DNA of 64,000 nt from an uncultured Parcubacteria group bacterium. Its GTDB lineage: Bacteria; Patescibacteriota; Patescibacteriia; UBA9934; CAMTUG01. Positions 1 through 9,040 of the stretch are shown here, piece by piece; the first letter of the stretch is position 1; each line of letters begins with the position of its first letter. The notes under the pieces are model-generated. The model was given only the letters and a program-made list of their open reading frames with translations, made no database searches and had not been told where the DNA came from. The position numbers and the translations under genes were made by a program. The stretch is from NCBI GenBank assembly GCA_947084965.1, contig CAMTUG010000001.1, positions 409,301 through 473,300 on the forward strand, read 5' to 3'.

Positions 1-651
1 CTTTCTTCAATCCGTAAGCAGTCGTATCAGCCCGCAGAAATCATCGTCGCTGATGCTCACTCGACAGATCAGACCCGAGAAATCGCCATCCAATTTGGCG
101 CGCGGGTTGTTGAAGGGGGGATGCCGGGCCCTGGCCGCAATCGTGGCGCAGAGGCCGCTAAGACGGATTATATTTTGTTTTTAGATGCGGACGTGGAACT
201 ACGCGATCCAGAGATGCTTGAGCAGATGATGGGAGAGATGTTGGAACGTAATTTAGATTTGGCGACATGCGACGTTCTGCCGCTCTCCCCAAAACGCATT
301 GATCACCTGATGCACAAATTATACAACCGCTATTCGCGTCTGTTGGCTGATAGCCGTCCGCACGCCCCGGGATTTTGTCTGCTCGTCCGACGGGCGATCC
401 ATCAGCAGATCGGCGGCTTTGATGAATCCGTCGTTTTCTGCGAAGACCATGACTATGCCCAGCGCATCGCGCGCGTCGGATCGTTTGGCGTGCTTCGCGC
501 CGCCGTTCCGGTGTCTGTGCGACGACTTGATCGTGATGGCCGGGTAAATATTGCGGTTAAATACGTCCTCGCTGAAGCGTATTTGGCGACCATCGGCCCG
601 ATTAAATCTAATCTTTTTAACTATTCCTTTGGTCATACAAAGAAACGCTAG
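1..651 (+). CDS. Glycosyltransferase family 2 (5'-partial)
   Basis: Frame open from base 1 (LSSIRKQSYQPAEIIVADAHSTD...); GT2 motifs GRNRGA, LFLDAD, GGFDE, EDHDY. Confidence 0.9.
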   Translation, partial: LSSIRKQSYQPAEIIVADAHSTDQTREIAIQFGARVVEGGMPGPGRNRGAEAAKTDYILFLDADVELRDPEMLEQMMGEMLERNLDLATCDVLPLSPKRIDHLMHKLYNRYSRLLADSRPHAPGFCLLVRRAIHQQIGGFDESVVFCEDHDYAQRIARVGSFGVLRAAVPVSVRRLDRDGRVNIAVKYVLAEAYLATIGPIKSNLFNYSFGHTKKR

Positions 652-652
652 T

Positions 653-1822
653 ATGATTTTGCGCTTTCTGCCCGCACTTTTCCTGCTCTTGATTCCATCC
701 TTCGCTTCGGCGACAACGGCGGATCTCGGTTTCCGCAATCAAGAGGCGATTTTTTTCTCAAAAGAAACGCTTGTCGCCGGGGACACCATACGGATTTATG
801 CCACGATCACCAACTTTGGCGATGTCGATGTTTCCGGCTATGTCGCCTTTAATCAAGGGACGATCCCGATCGGCGATTCTCAAGTTATTTCTGTGCGTGC
901 CAATGGGGCCGAAGATGAAATTTACGTCGATTTTGTGGTGCCGGATTCATCATTTAATATCCGCGCAGAGATCAAAGGGACCGATCCTGAAGACAATAAC
1001 ACAGAAAATGACATCGTCATCTCAGGATTGTTTACGCCTGTTCATGATGATGATAACGATGGGATTGAAAACGATGAGGACAACTGTCCAAACACCACAA
1101 ACGCCAATCAGCGTGATAGCGATGAGGATGGTATCGGTGATGCTTGCGATGAAGACGACGACAATGATTCACTGAATGATGATGTTGAAGACGAACTCGG
1201 AACCGATCCATTAAATCGTGACTCGGACGGCGACGGCGTAGAAGATGCTGATGATTACGCCCCGACCGATAGTTCAATTACGGTCACGCCACCAACACCA
1301 ACTCCGACATCGGCCGTGGTTTCATCATCTCCGCAAGAGGCATCAGGAGAGGATGAGACAGAGAGCCAAACTTCCGTTGTTGTAACCCCAACAGAAGAAG
1401 AGATTTCGGCAAACACGAACAACGGCGCTGAAAAAACCGGCTTGCAAGTTTCACCAAAGGCGATCTTTTCCTACGAACAGACGGAATGGAATACGTTTTT
1501 CTTCCGGGCCAAGGGATACGATGGGGTTGGCTATCGCTATGATTGGGATTTTGGTGATGGGGTTTCTTCAAGCCGCAGCGAGATCGAACACACCTTCCGC
1601 ACGTTTGGTGATTACAACGTTTCACTGACCGTCACAGATCCAGACGGGATGGTTTCGCAGGACACGGCATCGGTAAGCATCTCGTTCTTTAACCTAGAAA
1701 ATCCGTTCTTGAAAATTTTGCTCGGCGGTCTGTTCGTTCTCTTCCTGATCTCGCTTGCATTTCTCGCTCAGTCGCTCAAGAAGCGTGACTATGTTCAACC
1801 CGTTTCGGATGACGTTGAATAG
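653..1822 (+). CDS. Secreted/membrane-anchored surface protein: Ig-like (CARDB-like) domain, thrombospondin type-3 Asp-rich repeats, PKD domain, C-terminal TM helix
   Basis: Signal peptide MILRFLPALFLLLIPSFASA; DDDNDGIENDEDNCP, NQRDSDEDGIGDACD, DSDGDGVED repeats; PKD motif YDWDFGDG...HTF...YNVSLTVTD; hydrophobic C-terminus. Confidence 0.8.
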   Translation: MILRFLPALFLLLIPSFASATTADLGFRNQEAIFFSKETLVAGDTIRIYATITNFGDVDVSGYVAFNQGTIPIGDSQVISVRANGAEDEIYVDFVVPDSSFNIRAEIKGTDPEDNNTENDIVISGLFTPVHDDDNDGIENDEDNCPNTTNANQRDSDEDGIGDACDEDDDNDSLNDDVEDELGTDPLNRDSDGDGVEDADDYAPTDSSITVTPPTPTPTSAVVSSSPQEASGEDETESQTSVVVTPTEEEISANTNNGAEKTGLQVSPKAIFSYEQTEWNTFFFRAKGYDGVGYRYDWDFGDGVSSSRSEIEHTFRTFGDYNVSLTVTDPDGMVSQDTASVSISFFNLENPFLKILLGGLFVLFLISLAFLAQSLKKRDYVQPVSDDVE

Positions 1823-3422
1823 GGAAGTGAAAACGATCGCGAGCGCGGCGACGATCGTCGCTGCGTTTTCGTTTCTTTCGCGATTCGTCGGGTTCATCCG
1901 CGATCGTATTTTGGCCGGTCATTTTGGCGCTGGCGATATTTTAGATAGTTATTACGCCGCCTTCCTCGTTCCAGATACGATCTTTAATTTGCTGGTCGTT
2001 GGGGCGCTCTCTGCCAGCTTCATCCCCCTTTTTTCCAAGCATCTTCATGGATTCGGAGGGAAACAAAAAGCCTGGGATTTTACCAACAACGTCGTGACCA
2101 TCCTTGGCATAACGATTCTGATTATTTCGGCGATCCTCTTCTTTTTTACAGGCCCACTTGCCGAAATAATCGCCCCGGGCTTCAGCGTTTCGAAGCAACG
2201 TCTTGTGGCTGAGTTTACCAGAATCATGTTTATCTCCGACTTTCTTCTGGCGATCTCAGCAGTGTTTGGTTCAGTCCTTCAGGGAATGAAGCGATTTCTC
2301 GTCTATTCGTTCGCCCCGATCCTTTATAACATCGGGATCATCACCGGTGCGCTTGTCTTCACAGATTTTCTCGGTCCTGCTGGCCTCGCTTGGGGCGTGG
2401 TCTTTGGTGCGGCGATGCATTTCGTTCTCCAACTCATTGCCACGATGTCCACCGGATATCGCTACCGGTTTCTTTTTCAGCCCAAGGACGTCGAAACAAA
2501 AGAGATGGGGCGGTTGATGCTCCCGCGGACGATGGGCGTCGCCGTCAACCAGCTGAACGCCTTCGTGATGGTGATCGTTGCCTCCACGCTTGTGGCCGGG
2601 AGTGTCACAGTTTTCAACTTTGCTTATAACATTCAGTTTTTTGTCGTCGGTATTTTTGGCGTCTCATTTGCTGTAGCCGCGTTTCCAACGCTTTCTGAAT
2701 ATGCCGCGCGTGATGATCACAAGGCGTTCGTCTCTGCATTCTCAAATACCGTTCGGCAGATGCTCTATTTCATCATCCCTTCGACTGTCCTCTTTCTTCT
2801 TGTGCGGTCCCAGATCGTTCGCGTTGTTGTTGGAGCAGGGAAGTTTGGCTGGACGGAAACGATCATGACCGCTGATACGCTCGCATTCTTTACGCTATCT
2901 TTTTTTGCTCAAGGACTCGTCTTTTTGCTTGCTCGCGCCTTCTTTGCCTACCGGGATACAGCCACGCCGTTTGTAGCCGGACTCGTCAGCGCCTGCTTTA
3001 ACGTTATCGCCGCCCTTCTTTTCACCCGCGAATTCGGGGTGATGGGCCTGGCGATGGCGTTCTCGCTTTCGTCCATCGTCAACCTCGTGCTCCTCTGGCT
3101 TCCGTTGCGCCAAAAACTTGGCTCGCTCAATGAATCGGCGATCGTGCAGTCTCTTTTTACGATCTCGATCGCCGCGATCGTGCAGGGGGTTGTGACTCAG
3201 GGACTAAAGGTGGCTCTCGGTTCACTCTTTACCTTGGATACGTTCACGAGCGTCTTTTTCCATGGATTTATCGCCGGGGGGATCGGCCTTCTTGTCTATC
3301 TCGGTATTACGCTCGCCTTAAAATCGCCGGAAGCGATCACCTTTATCGGTTCCATCCGCCGCCACATGCTCCGCTCGTTCGAGCCGTCTGAAGCGGGCGG
3401 AAAGGATCAGTCGATTCTGTAA
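1791..3422 (+). CDS. murJ: Lipid II flippase MurJ (MviN)
   Basis: SRFVGFIRDRILAGHFGAG, AFLVPD, GALSASFIP motifs; polytopic membrane protein; start could be 1791 or 1809. Confidence 0.92.
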   Translation: MFNPFRMTLNREVKTIASAATIVAAFSFLSRFVGFIRDRILAGHFGAGDILDSYYAAFLVPDTIFNLLVVGALSASFIPLFSKHLHGFGGKQKAWDFTNNVVTILGITILIISAILFFFTGPLAEIIAPGFSVSKQRLVAEFTRIMFISDFLLAISAVFGSVLQGMKRFLVYSFAPILYNIGIITGALVFTDFLGPAGLAWGVVFGAAMHFVLQLIATMSTGYRYRFLFQPKDVETKEMGRLMLPRTMGVAVNQLNAFVMVIVASTLVAGSVTVFNFAYNIQFFVVGIFGVSFAVAAFPTLSEYAARDDHKAFVSAFSNTVRQMLYFIIPSTVLFLLVRSQIVRVVVGAGKFGWTETIMTADTLAFFTLSFFAQGLVFLLARAFFAYRDTATPFVAGLVSACFNVIAALLFTREFGVMGLAMAFSLSSIVNLVLLWLPLRQKLGSLNESAIVQSLFTISIAAIVQGVVTQGLKVALGSLFTLDTFTSVFFHGFIAGGIGLLVYLGITLALKSPEAITFIGSIRRHMLRSFEPSEAGGKDQSIL

Positions 3423-3443
3423 AAGATTTAAGGTACAACCATA

Positions 3444-3472
3444 TTGAAAACCATTCACTTGTCGGGTAAGAT
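3444..3472 (+). promoter_or_regulatory. sigma70-type promoter of alaS (near-leaderless)
   Basis: TTGAAA-N17-TAAGAT ending 9 nt before ATG 3482. Confidence 0.55.
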
Positions 3473-3481
3473 GCCTGCATT

Positions 3482-5338
3482 ATGAATGCCCACGAAATCC
3501 GCCAGAAATATCTCGAGTTCTTCAAAGCTCACGGCCACGTGATCGTACCGTCGTCGCCGCTTGTGCCGGAAAACGACCCTTCAACGCTTTTTACTGGCTC
3601 AGGGATGCAGCCGATGGTCCCGTATCTGCTTGGGGAAACCCACCCTCAAGGCAAACGTTTAGTTGATTCCCAGAAGTGCTTCCGTTCGCAAGATATTGAA
3701 GAAGTGGGCGATAATCGTCACACCACGTTCTTTGAAATGCTCGGCAACTGGTCGCTCGGGGATTATTTCAAGACAGAGCAGATCGCCTGGATGTTTGAAT
3801 TTTTGACCAAGGTCGTTGGGCTCGATCCCAAGCGTCTGTACGTCACCGTTTTTCAAGGTAACGACGCGATCGGCATTCCGCGTGATGATGAATCGATCAA
3901 ATTGTGGCAGGAACAGTTCGCAACCGTTGGTATCGACGCTCAGGTCGGTGAAAGAATTTTCCTCTATCCAGAAAAGAAAAACTGGTGGTCGCGAGCGGGA
4001 ACACCGGACAAAATGCCCGTGGGTGAACCGGGCGGACCTGACTCAGAAATGTTCTGGGATTTTGGCGCTGACCTGAAGCTTCACGAGAACTCACCGTTCG
4101 CGGCCGAAGCCTGCCACGTGAACTGCGACTGTGGCCGCTACATGGAGATCGGCAATAACGTCTTCATGCAGTACAAAAAAACGGCCGATGGATTTGAGCA
4201 GCTTCCTCAAAAGAACGTTGACTTCGGCGGGGGATTAGAACGCATCGCTGCGGCCGCCATCGGCAGTTCAGACATGTTCATGATTGAGCTCTTTACTGGT
4301 GCTCGTCAGGCATTAGAAGTTGTCACTGGCAAGGCGTACGTCTCAGATTCTGCTGATGCCTATGCCATGCGCGTCATTCTGGATCACCTTCGCGGTGCCA
4401 CATTCTTGATTACAGATGGAATCCTCCCTTCAAATAAGGATCAGGGCTACTTCGTGCGCCGTTTGATCCGTCGTTCTGTGCGATTTGCCCATAAACTCGG
4501 AGTCAAAGAGAACTTCTGCGCTAAAATCGCCGAGGCGTATATTGAAACGTATAAAGACGTGTATCCAGAGCTGCATGACCGACGCGACGTGGTCTTGGCT
4601 GAGTTTGTCCGCGAAGAAGAAAAGTTCCGTGCCTCGCTTGAAAAGGGTTTGCGTGAATTTGAAAAGATCTTTGCAACAAACAGTGCTGTCAGTGGCGTTG
4701 ATGCTTTCAACCTGTATCAATCCTACGGCTTCCCGTGGGAACTGACCGAAGAACTCGCGCGGGAAAAAGGACAGGCCGTCGATAAATCGATCTTCGAATC
4801 TGAATTCAAAAAGCACCAGGATCTGTCGCGTACTGGATCAGAAAAGAAATTTGCCGGCGGGCTCGCTGATCACTCGGAACAATCAACGAAGTATCACACC
4901 GCTACGCATCTGCTGCACCAAGCGCTGCGTACGGTGCTCGGAACCCACGTTGAACAACGGGGAAGCAACATCACTCAAGAACGTCTCCGTTTCGATTTTT
5001 CGCACGGCGACAAGATGACCGACGAGCAGATTAAAGAGGTCGAGGCGATCGTCAACGAACAGATCAAAAAGGATTTGCCCGTACACTTTGAATTGTTGAC
5101 CGTCGACGAAGCCAAGGCTAAAGGGGCGATCGGACTGTTTGAGGATAAGTACGCCGCCCTGGGGGATAAGATTAAGGTCTACTTTGTCGGCGATGCCACG
5201 ACAGGGGTCTACTCCAGCGAGATTTGCGGCGGTCCGCACGTTGAAAAGACAGGGAAAATGGGGGTTTTCCGCATTACCAAGGAAGAGGCTTCCTCTGCTG
5301 GGGTTCGCCGAATTAAAGCCACCCTATCCGACATTTGA
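3482..5338 (+). CDS. alaS: Alanine--tRNA ligase (short form, no C-Ala domain)
   Basis: DPSTLFTGSGMQP, HTTFFEMLGNWS, DFGGGLER; editing motifs HTATHLLH and EICGGPH; ends shortly after GVRRIKA. Confidence 0.97.
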   Translation: MNAHEIRQKYLEFFKAHGHVIVPSSPLVPENDPSTLFTGSGMQPMVPYLLGETHPQGKRLVDSQKCFRSQDIEEVGDNRHTTFFEMLGNWSLGDYFKTEQIAWMFEFLTKVVGLDPKRLYVTVFQGNDAIGIPRDDESIKLWQEQFATVGIDAQVGERIFLYPEKKNWWSRAGTPDKMPVGEPGGPDSEMFWDFGADLKLHENSPFAAEACHVNCDCGRYMEIGNNVFMQYKKTADGFEQLPQKNVDFGGGLERIAAAAIGSSDMFMIELFTGARQALEVVTGKAYVSDSADAYAMRVILDHLRGATFLITDGILPSNKDQGYFVRRLIRRSVRFAHKLGVKENFCAKIAEAYIETYKDVYPELHDRRDVVLAEFVREEEKFRASLEKGLREFEKIFATNSAVSGVDAFNLYQSYGFPWELTEELAREKGQAVDKSIFESEFKKHQDLSRTGSEKKFAGGLADHSEQSTKYHTATHLLHQALRTVLGTHVEQRGSNITQERLRFDFSHGDKMTDEQIKEVEAIVNEQIKKDLPVHFELLTVDEAKAKGAIGLFEDKYAALGDKIKVYFVGDATTGVYSSEICGGPHVEKTGKMGVFRITKEEASSAGVRRIKATLSDI

Positions 5339-5363
5339 CACAATTAAGCCGTTTCGTTAAGAT
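5335..5363 (+). promoter_or_regulatory. sigma70-type promoter of the infA-rpsI cluster
   Basis: TTGACA-N17-TAAGAT overlapping the alaS stop codon. Confidence 0.65.
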
Positions 5364-5378
5364 ACCGGCGCATTTCAC

Positions 5379-5606
5379 ATGACAGGTCAATCAGATTCCA
5401 AACAGTTTATCGAGCTCGAAGGGGAGGTCCTAGAACTCCTCCCTTCTGCGGCTATGAAGATCCAGCTCGACAACGGGCAGATCATTACTGGTCACCTCTC
5501 TGGCAAGATGCGTTTGCATCGCATTAAGGTGTTACCCGGGGATCATGTCAAAGTGGAGATGTCCCCGTACGATCTGACCAAAGGCCGCGTAACCTACCGC
5601 AAGTAA
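5379..5606 (+). CDS. infA: Translation initiation factor IF-1
   Basis: [12 protein letters not shown]...GHLSGKMR...[26 protein letters not shown]. Confidence 0.97.
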   Translation: MTGQSDSKQFIELEGEVLELLPSAAMKIQLDNGQIITGHLSGKMRLHRIKVLPGDHVKVEMSPYDLTKGRVTYRK

Positions 5607-5612
5607 CACAGT

Positions 5613-5726
5613 ATGAAAGTTCGATCCTCTGTCAAAAAAATTTGTCGCGATTGCAAAGTGCTCCGTCGCAAGGGGCGCGTCTGTGTTGTGTGCAAAACCG
5701 TGAAGCATAAACAGCGTCAAGGATAA
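5613..5726 (+). CDS. rpmJ: 50S ribosomal protein L36 (not in ORF track)
   Basis: Translated by hand: [37 protein letters not shown]. Confidence 0.97.
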   Translation: MKVRSSVKKICRDCKVLRRKGRVCVVCKTVKHKQRQG

Positions 5727-5727
5727 T

Positions 5728-6114
5728 ATGGCACGTATTGCAGGTGTAACCATTCCCGTCAACAAACAGGTCGGCATCGCCCTGACGTATATTTACGGCG
5801 TTGGAGATACACGCGCCGCGCAGGTGCTGAAGACTGCCGGAGTGGACCCAACCATCCGCGTCACGGACCTTTCTGAAGAACAGGTTAACGCTGTCCGTGA
5901 TTTAATTGAAAAGTCCTACCGCGTCGAAGGTGAATTGCGCCGCGACGTGCAGTCGAACATCAAGCGCTTGAAGGAAATCGGCGCCTACCGCGGAACACGT
6001 CACGCCAAGCGTTTGCCGGCACGTGGTCAGCGCACCAAAACAAATTCCCGCACCGTGCGTGGCAACGTCCGTAAGACGCAGCGCTCAGGTCGTCGTATTC
6101 TGACCAAGACCTAA
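5728..6114 (+). CDS. rpsM: 30S ribosomal protein S13
   Basis: MARIAGV...ALTYIYGVG...YRGTRH...RGQRTKTNSRT. Confidence 0.98.
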   Translation: MARIAGVTIPVNKQVGIALTYIYGVGDTRAAQVLKTAGVDPTIRVTDLSEEQVNAVRDLIEKSYRVEGELRRDVQSNIKRLKEIGAYRGTRHAKRLPARGQRTKTNSRTVRGNVRKTQRSGRRILTKT

Positions 6115-6115
6115 T

Positions 6116-6568
6116 ATGGATGAAGTGATTGACAAAAAGCCGGTTGAAGCCACCGCAGAGGTCGAAACCAAAGGGCAGCCCAAAGGAAAACGCGCCCCAG
6201 CCAAAAAGAAGGCGATGCGCAAAGTTTCCCAAGGTCGCGCTTATATTCAAGCTACCTACAACAACACGATCGTTACCTTGACGGATGCCAACGGCAACAC
6301 GTTAGGATGGGCCAGTGCCGGTAACTGCGGATTTAAAGGCCCGAAGAAGGCCACTCCGTACGCCGCGAGCACGGTCGTCAAATCCGTTGCTGAAAAGGTT
6401 GCGGAAACAGGGCTGCGCGATATCTCGGTGTTTGTTAAAGGAATTGGTCAGGGCCGCGACGGAGCGCTCCGTGCCTTGAATGCCAACGGATTCAACGTGC
6501 TTTCTGTTAAGGACCAAACCCCTGTGCCGCACAACGGCTGCCGCCTGGCCGGTCGCCGCCGCATCTAA
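6116..6568 (+). CDS. rpsK: 30S ribosomal protein S11 (N-terminal extension)
   Basis: ATYNNTIVTLTD, GFKGPKKATPYAA, DQTPVPHNGCR. Confidence 0.98.
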   Translation: MDEVIDKKPVEATAEVETKGQPKGKRAPAKKKAMRKVSQGRAYIQATYNNTIVTLTDANGNTLGWASAGNCGFKGPKKATPYAASTVVKSVAEKVAETGLRDISVFVKGIGQGRDGALRALNANGFNVLSVKDQTPVPHNGCRLAGRRRI

Positions 6569-6573
6569 AGATT

Positions 6574-7182
6574 ATGATCAAAGGAACTTGCAAACAGTGT
6601 CGTCGCGAAGGCGTGTCTCTCTGTGGACGCGATAAATGTGCGTTGAAGCGCCGTCCATTCGCGCCAGGTGTTCATGGGCCAACGGCTCGCAAGCCGCGTC
6701 TTTCTGGTTTCGGGACCCAGCTCCGCGAAAAACAGAAAGCCAAGCGCTTGTACGGAATCATGGAACGCCAGTTCCGCAACTATTTTGAAAAGGCGACCCA
6801 GAAAAAGGGTGATACCGGTGTTTTCTTAGTGCAACAGCTTGAAATGCGTCTTGACAACGTCGTCTACCGCTTGGGCTTTGCCATGACGCGCAGCCAAGCG
6901 CGTCAGATGGTCAGCCACGGGTTTTTCGATGTCAATGGGAAGAAAGTGGATATCCCATCGTATCACTGCTCGATTGGTGAGGTGATCAGCGTTCGTGAAA
7001 GCAAGAAAGCCAAGGGCTTGATGCCTTCGGTTGCTGAACGCTTGGCCAAGCACGAAGTGGCCAACTGGTTGACGCTCGAACCGGCCAAACTTTCTGGCAA
7101 GATTCTCGGCATGCCGGAAGGCGCCGATCTTGCATCCGTGTTTGATCCAAAACTTATTGTCGAATTCTACTCACGTACATAA
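6574..7182 (+). CDS. rpsD: 30S ribosomal protein S4 (Cys-containing form)
   Basis: CKQCRREG...C...KC; QLREKQK; LEMRLDNVVYRLGFA; LIVEFYSR. Confidence 0.98.
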   Translation: MIKGTCKQCRREGVSLCGRDKCALKRRPFAPGVHGPTARKPRLSGFGTQLREKQKAKRLYGIMERQFRNYFEKATQKKGDTGVFLVQQLEMRLDNVVYRLGFAMTRSQARQMVSHGFFDVNGKKVDIPSYHCSIGEVISVRESKKAKGLMPSVAERLAKHEVANWLTLEPAKLSGKILGMPEGADLASVFDPKLIVEFYSRT

Positions 7183-7185
7183 CGT

Positions 7186-7875
7186 ATGGAACACATTTTG
7201 CTTCCATCCAACTTTCGGTTCGAAGAGGGGGCGACCGACCGTGAGGCCACGCTGGTCATTGAGCCGTTGTATTACGGCTACGGACGCACTATCGGAAACG
7301 CGCTCCGCCGCGTGATGTTATCGTCCTTGAACGGCGCCGCTGTGACGGCTGTTAAAATCAAGGGCGTGCCGCATGAATTCACCGCCATCCCTGGCGTGAT
7401 GGAAGATGCTGTGGAAGTGATCTTGAACCTGAAAGGTCTTCGCTTGAAGATGCACACCGAAGAACCAGTGAAGTTGACCTTAAAGAAGAAAGGGAAGGGC
7501 GATGTGACTGGTGCCGATATCGAAGCGAACGCCGAAGTCGAAATCATCAACAAAGACATGAAAATCTGCACCCTTTCCGACACCGACTCGGAAGTGGAAA
7601 TGGAAATTGTCGTTGGTCGCGGTCGTGGCTATGTGCCGACCGAAGAACGTGACCCTTCTGGTGAAATCGGTTTGATCGCTGTCGACGCCATGTACTCGCC
7701 GGTCCGCAACGTTGGGATCAAGGTGGAAATGACCCGTGTCGGCGAAATCACTAACTACGACAAGTTGGTCATGCCGATCGAAACCGATGGAACGATCACT
7801 CCAGCAGAGGCGGTCAAACAATCGCTGGCCATCCTCTTGGAACACTTTAATCTGATCGATCAGAATCTTGGCTAA
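7186..7875 (+). CDS. rpoA: RNA polymerase alpha subunit (N-terminal domain only, 229 aa)
   Basis: IEPLYYGYGRTIGNALRRVMLSSL, HEFTAIPGV, GRGYVP, YSPV, ETDGTI; stop followed directly by rplQ. Confidence 0.97.
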   Translation: MEHILLPSNFRFEEGATDREATLVIEPLYYGYGRTIGNALRRVMLSSLNGAAVTAVKIKGVPHEFTAIPGVMEDAVEVILNLKGLRLKMHTEEPVKLTLKKKGKGDVTGADIEANAEVEIINKDMKICTLSDTDSEVEMEIVVGRGRGYVPTEERDPSGEIGLIAVDAMYSPVRNVGIKVEMTRVGEITNYDKLVMPIETDGTITPAEAVKQSLAILLEHFNLIDQNLG

Positions 7876-7877
7876 GT

Positions 7878-8231
7878 ATGCGCCACCGCAATGCAGGAAA
7901 AGTTTTCGACCGAGTCAAAGCCCCGCGCGAGGCGATGTTAAAGTCGCTCGTCGGATCGGTTGTGATTCATGAGAAAATTCAAACAACCGAAGCGAAAGCA
8001 AAGGCGATCAAACCGTTGGTCGAAAAGTTAGTGACGCGTAGCATGGACCCATCGCTTGCTAACCGCCGCTACCTGCTTTCGTACTTCAAAGGACAGGAAT
8101 TGCCGGTCAAGAAGCTCCTCGAAGTGCTCGGACCGCGCTTTAAATCCCGCAAAGGTGGCTACTGCCGCATTACCAAAGTCGGACCGCGCAAGGGCGACGG
8201 CGGGGAAATGGCTCAGATTGAATTCGTCTAG
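7878..8231 (+). CDS. rplQ: 50S ribosomal protein L17
   Basis: MRHR...IQTTEAKAK...GGYCRITK...RKGDG. Confidence 0.97.
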   Translation: MRHRNAGKVFDRVKAPREAMLKSLVGSVVIHEKIQTTEAKAKAIKPLVEKLVTRSMDPSLANRRYLLSYFKGQELPVKKLLEVLGPRFKSRKGGYCRITKVGPRKGDGGEMAQIEFV

Positions 8232-8232
8232 T

Positions 8233-8586
8233 ATGACCATTGAACGCAAGACCATTGAAATCGACGCCACTGGCAAAGTGCCTGGTCGTTTGGCTTCCGA
8301 AATCGCTCGGTTGCTTCAGGGCAAGCACAAGGCCACCTACAGCCCGAACGTGGATATGGGCGACACCGTTATCGTCACCAACGTGGCTTTGATGAAAGTC
8401 AGTGCCAAGAAGGCGGAAGAGAAAATTTACAAACACCACAGCTTCCATCCAGGCGGACTCAAGAAGGTCAGCATGAAGGTGGTGATGGAAAAGCATCCAG
8501 AACGTGTGCTCCAGATGGCAGTCAAGAACATGTTGCCAAAGAATAAGTTGCAAACGGAGCGCATGAAGCGCCTGAAAGTTAGCTAA
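8233..8586 (+). CDS. rplM: 50S ribosomal protein L13 (compact, 117 aa)
   Basis: IDATGKVPGRLAS...GKHK.TYSPNVDMGD...HPGGLK...MLPKNKL. Confidence 0.96.
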   Translation: MTIERKTIEIDATGKVPGRLASEIARLLQGKHKATYSPNVDMGDTVIVTNVALMKVSAKKAEEKIYKHHSFHPGGLKKVSMKVVMEKHPERVLQMAVKNMLPKNKLQTERMKRLKVS

Positions 8587-8587
8587 T

Positions 8588-8995
8588 ATGGCAGAGGCAA
8601 ATTTCACCGGTAAATATACTGAAGCGGTCGGACGCCGCAAGCGCGCCATTGCTCGTGTTCGGATGTACCCAGGCAAAGGCCAGATCATCATCAACGAACG
8701 TGCGATGGAAGCATTTTTTGGTACCGCCAAGCTGCGCGAAACCGTTCGCCAGGCCCTGAAGACCGTCGGTCGTCCAGAATCCTTCGACATCTCGATCTAC
8801 GTCGTCGGTGGGGGAACCACGGGCCAGGCCGAAGCGATTCGCATGGGTATCGCCCGCTGTCTCTTGAAGGAGGACGCGGACATCAAGACCACGCTCAAGA
8901 AAGATGGACTGTTGACCCGCGACTCACGTCGCCGTGAACGCAAGAAGCCAGGGAAGCTGTCAGCACGTCGTTCGCCACAGTGGTCGAAACGTTAA
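8588..8995 (+). CDS. rpsI: 30S ribosomal protein S9
   Basis: GRRKRAIARV, GGGTTGQAEAIRMGIAR, LLTRDSR, ARRSPQWSKR. Confidence 0.98.
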   Translation: MAEANFTGKYTEAVGRRKRAIARVRMYPGKGQIIINERAMEAFFGTAKLRETVRQALKTVGRPESFDISIYVVGGGTTGQAEAIRMGIARCLLKEDADIKTTLKKDGLLTRDSRRRERKKPGKLSARRSPQWSKR

Positions 8996-9010
8996 GCATC
9001 GATTACAATG

Positions 9011-9036
9011 GGAGAGCTCGAAAGGGCTCTCCTTTC
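9011..9036 (+). terminator. Hairpin after rpsI (probable intrinsic terminator)
   Basis: GGAGAGCTC-GAAA-GGGCTCTCC followed by TTTC. Confidence 0.6.
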
Positions 9037-9040
9037 GGTT

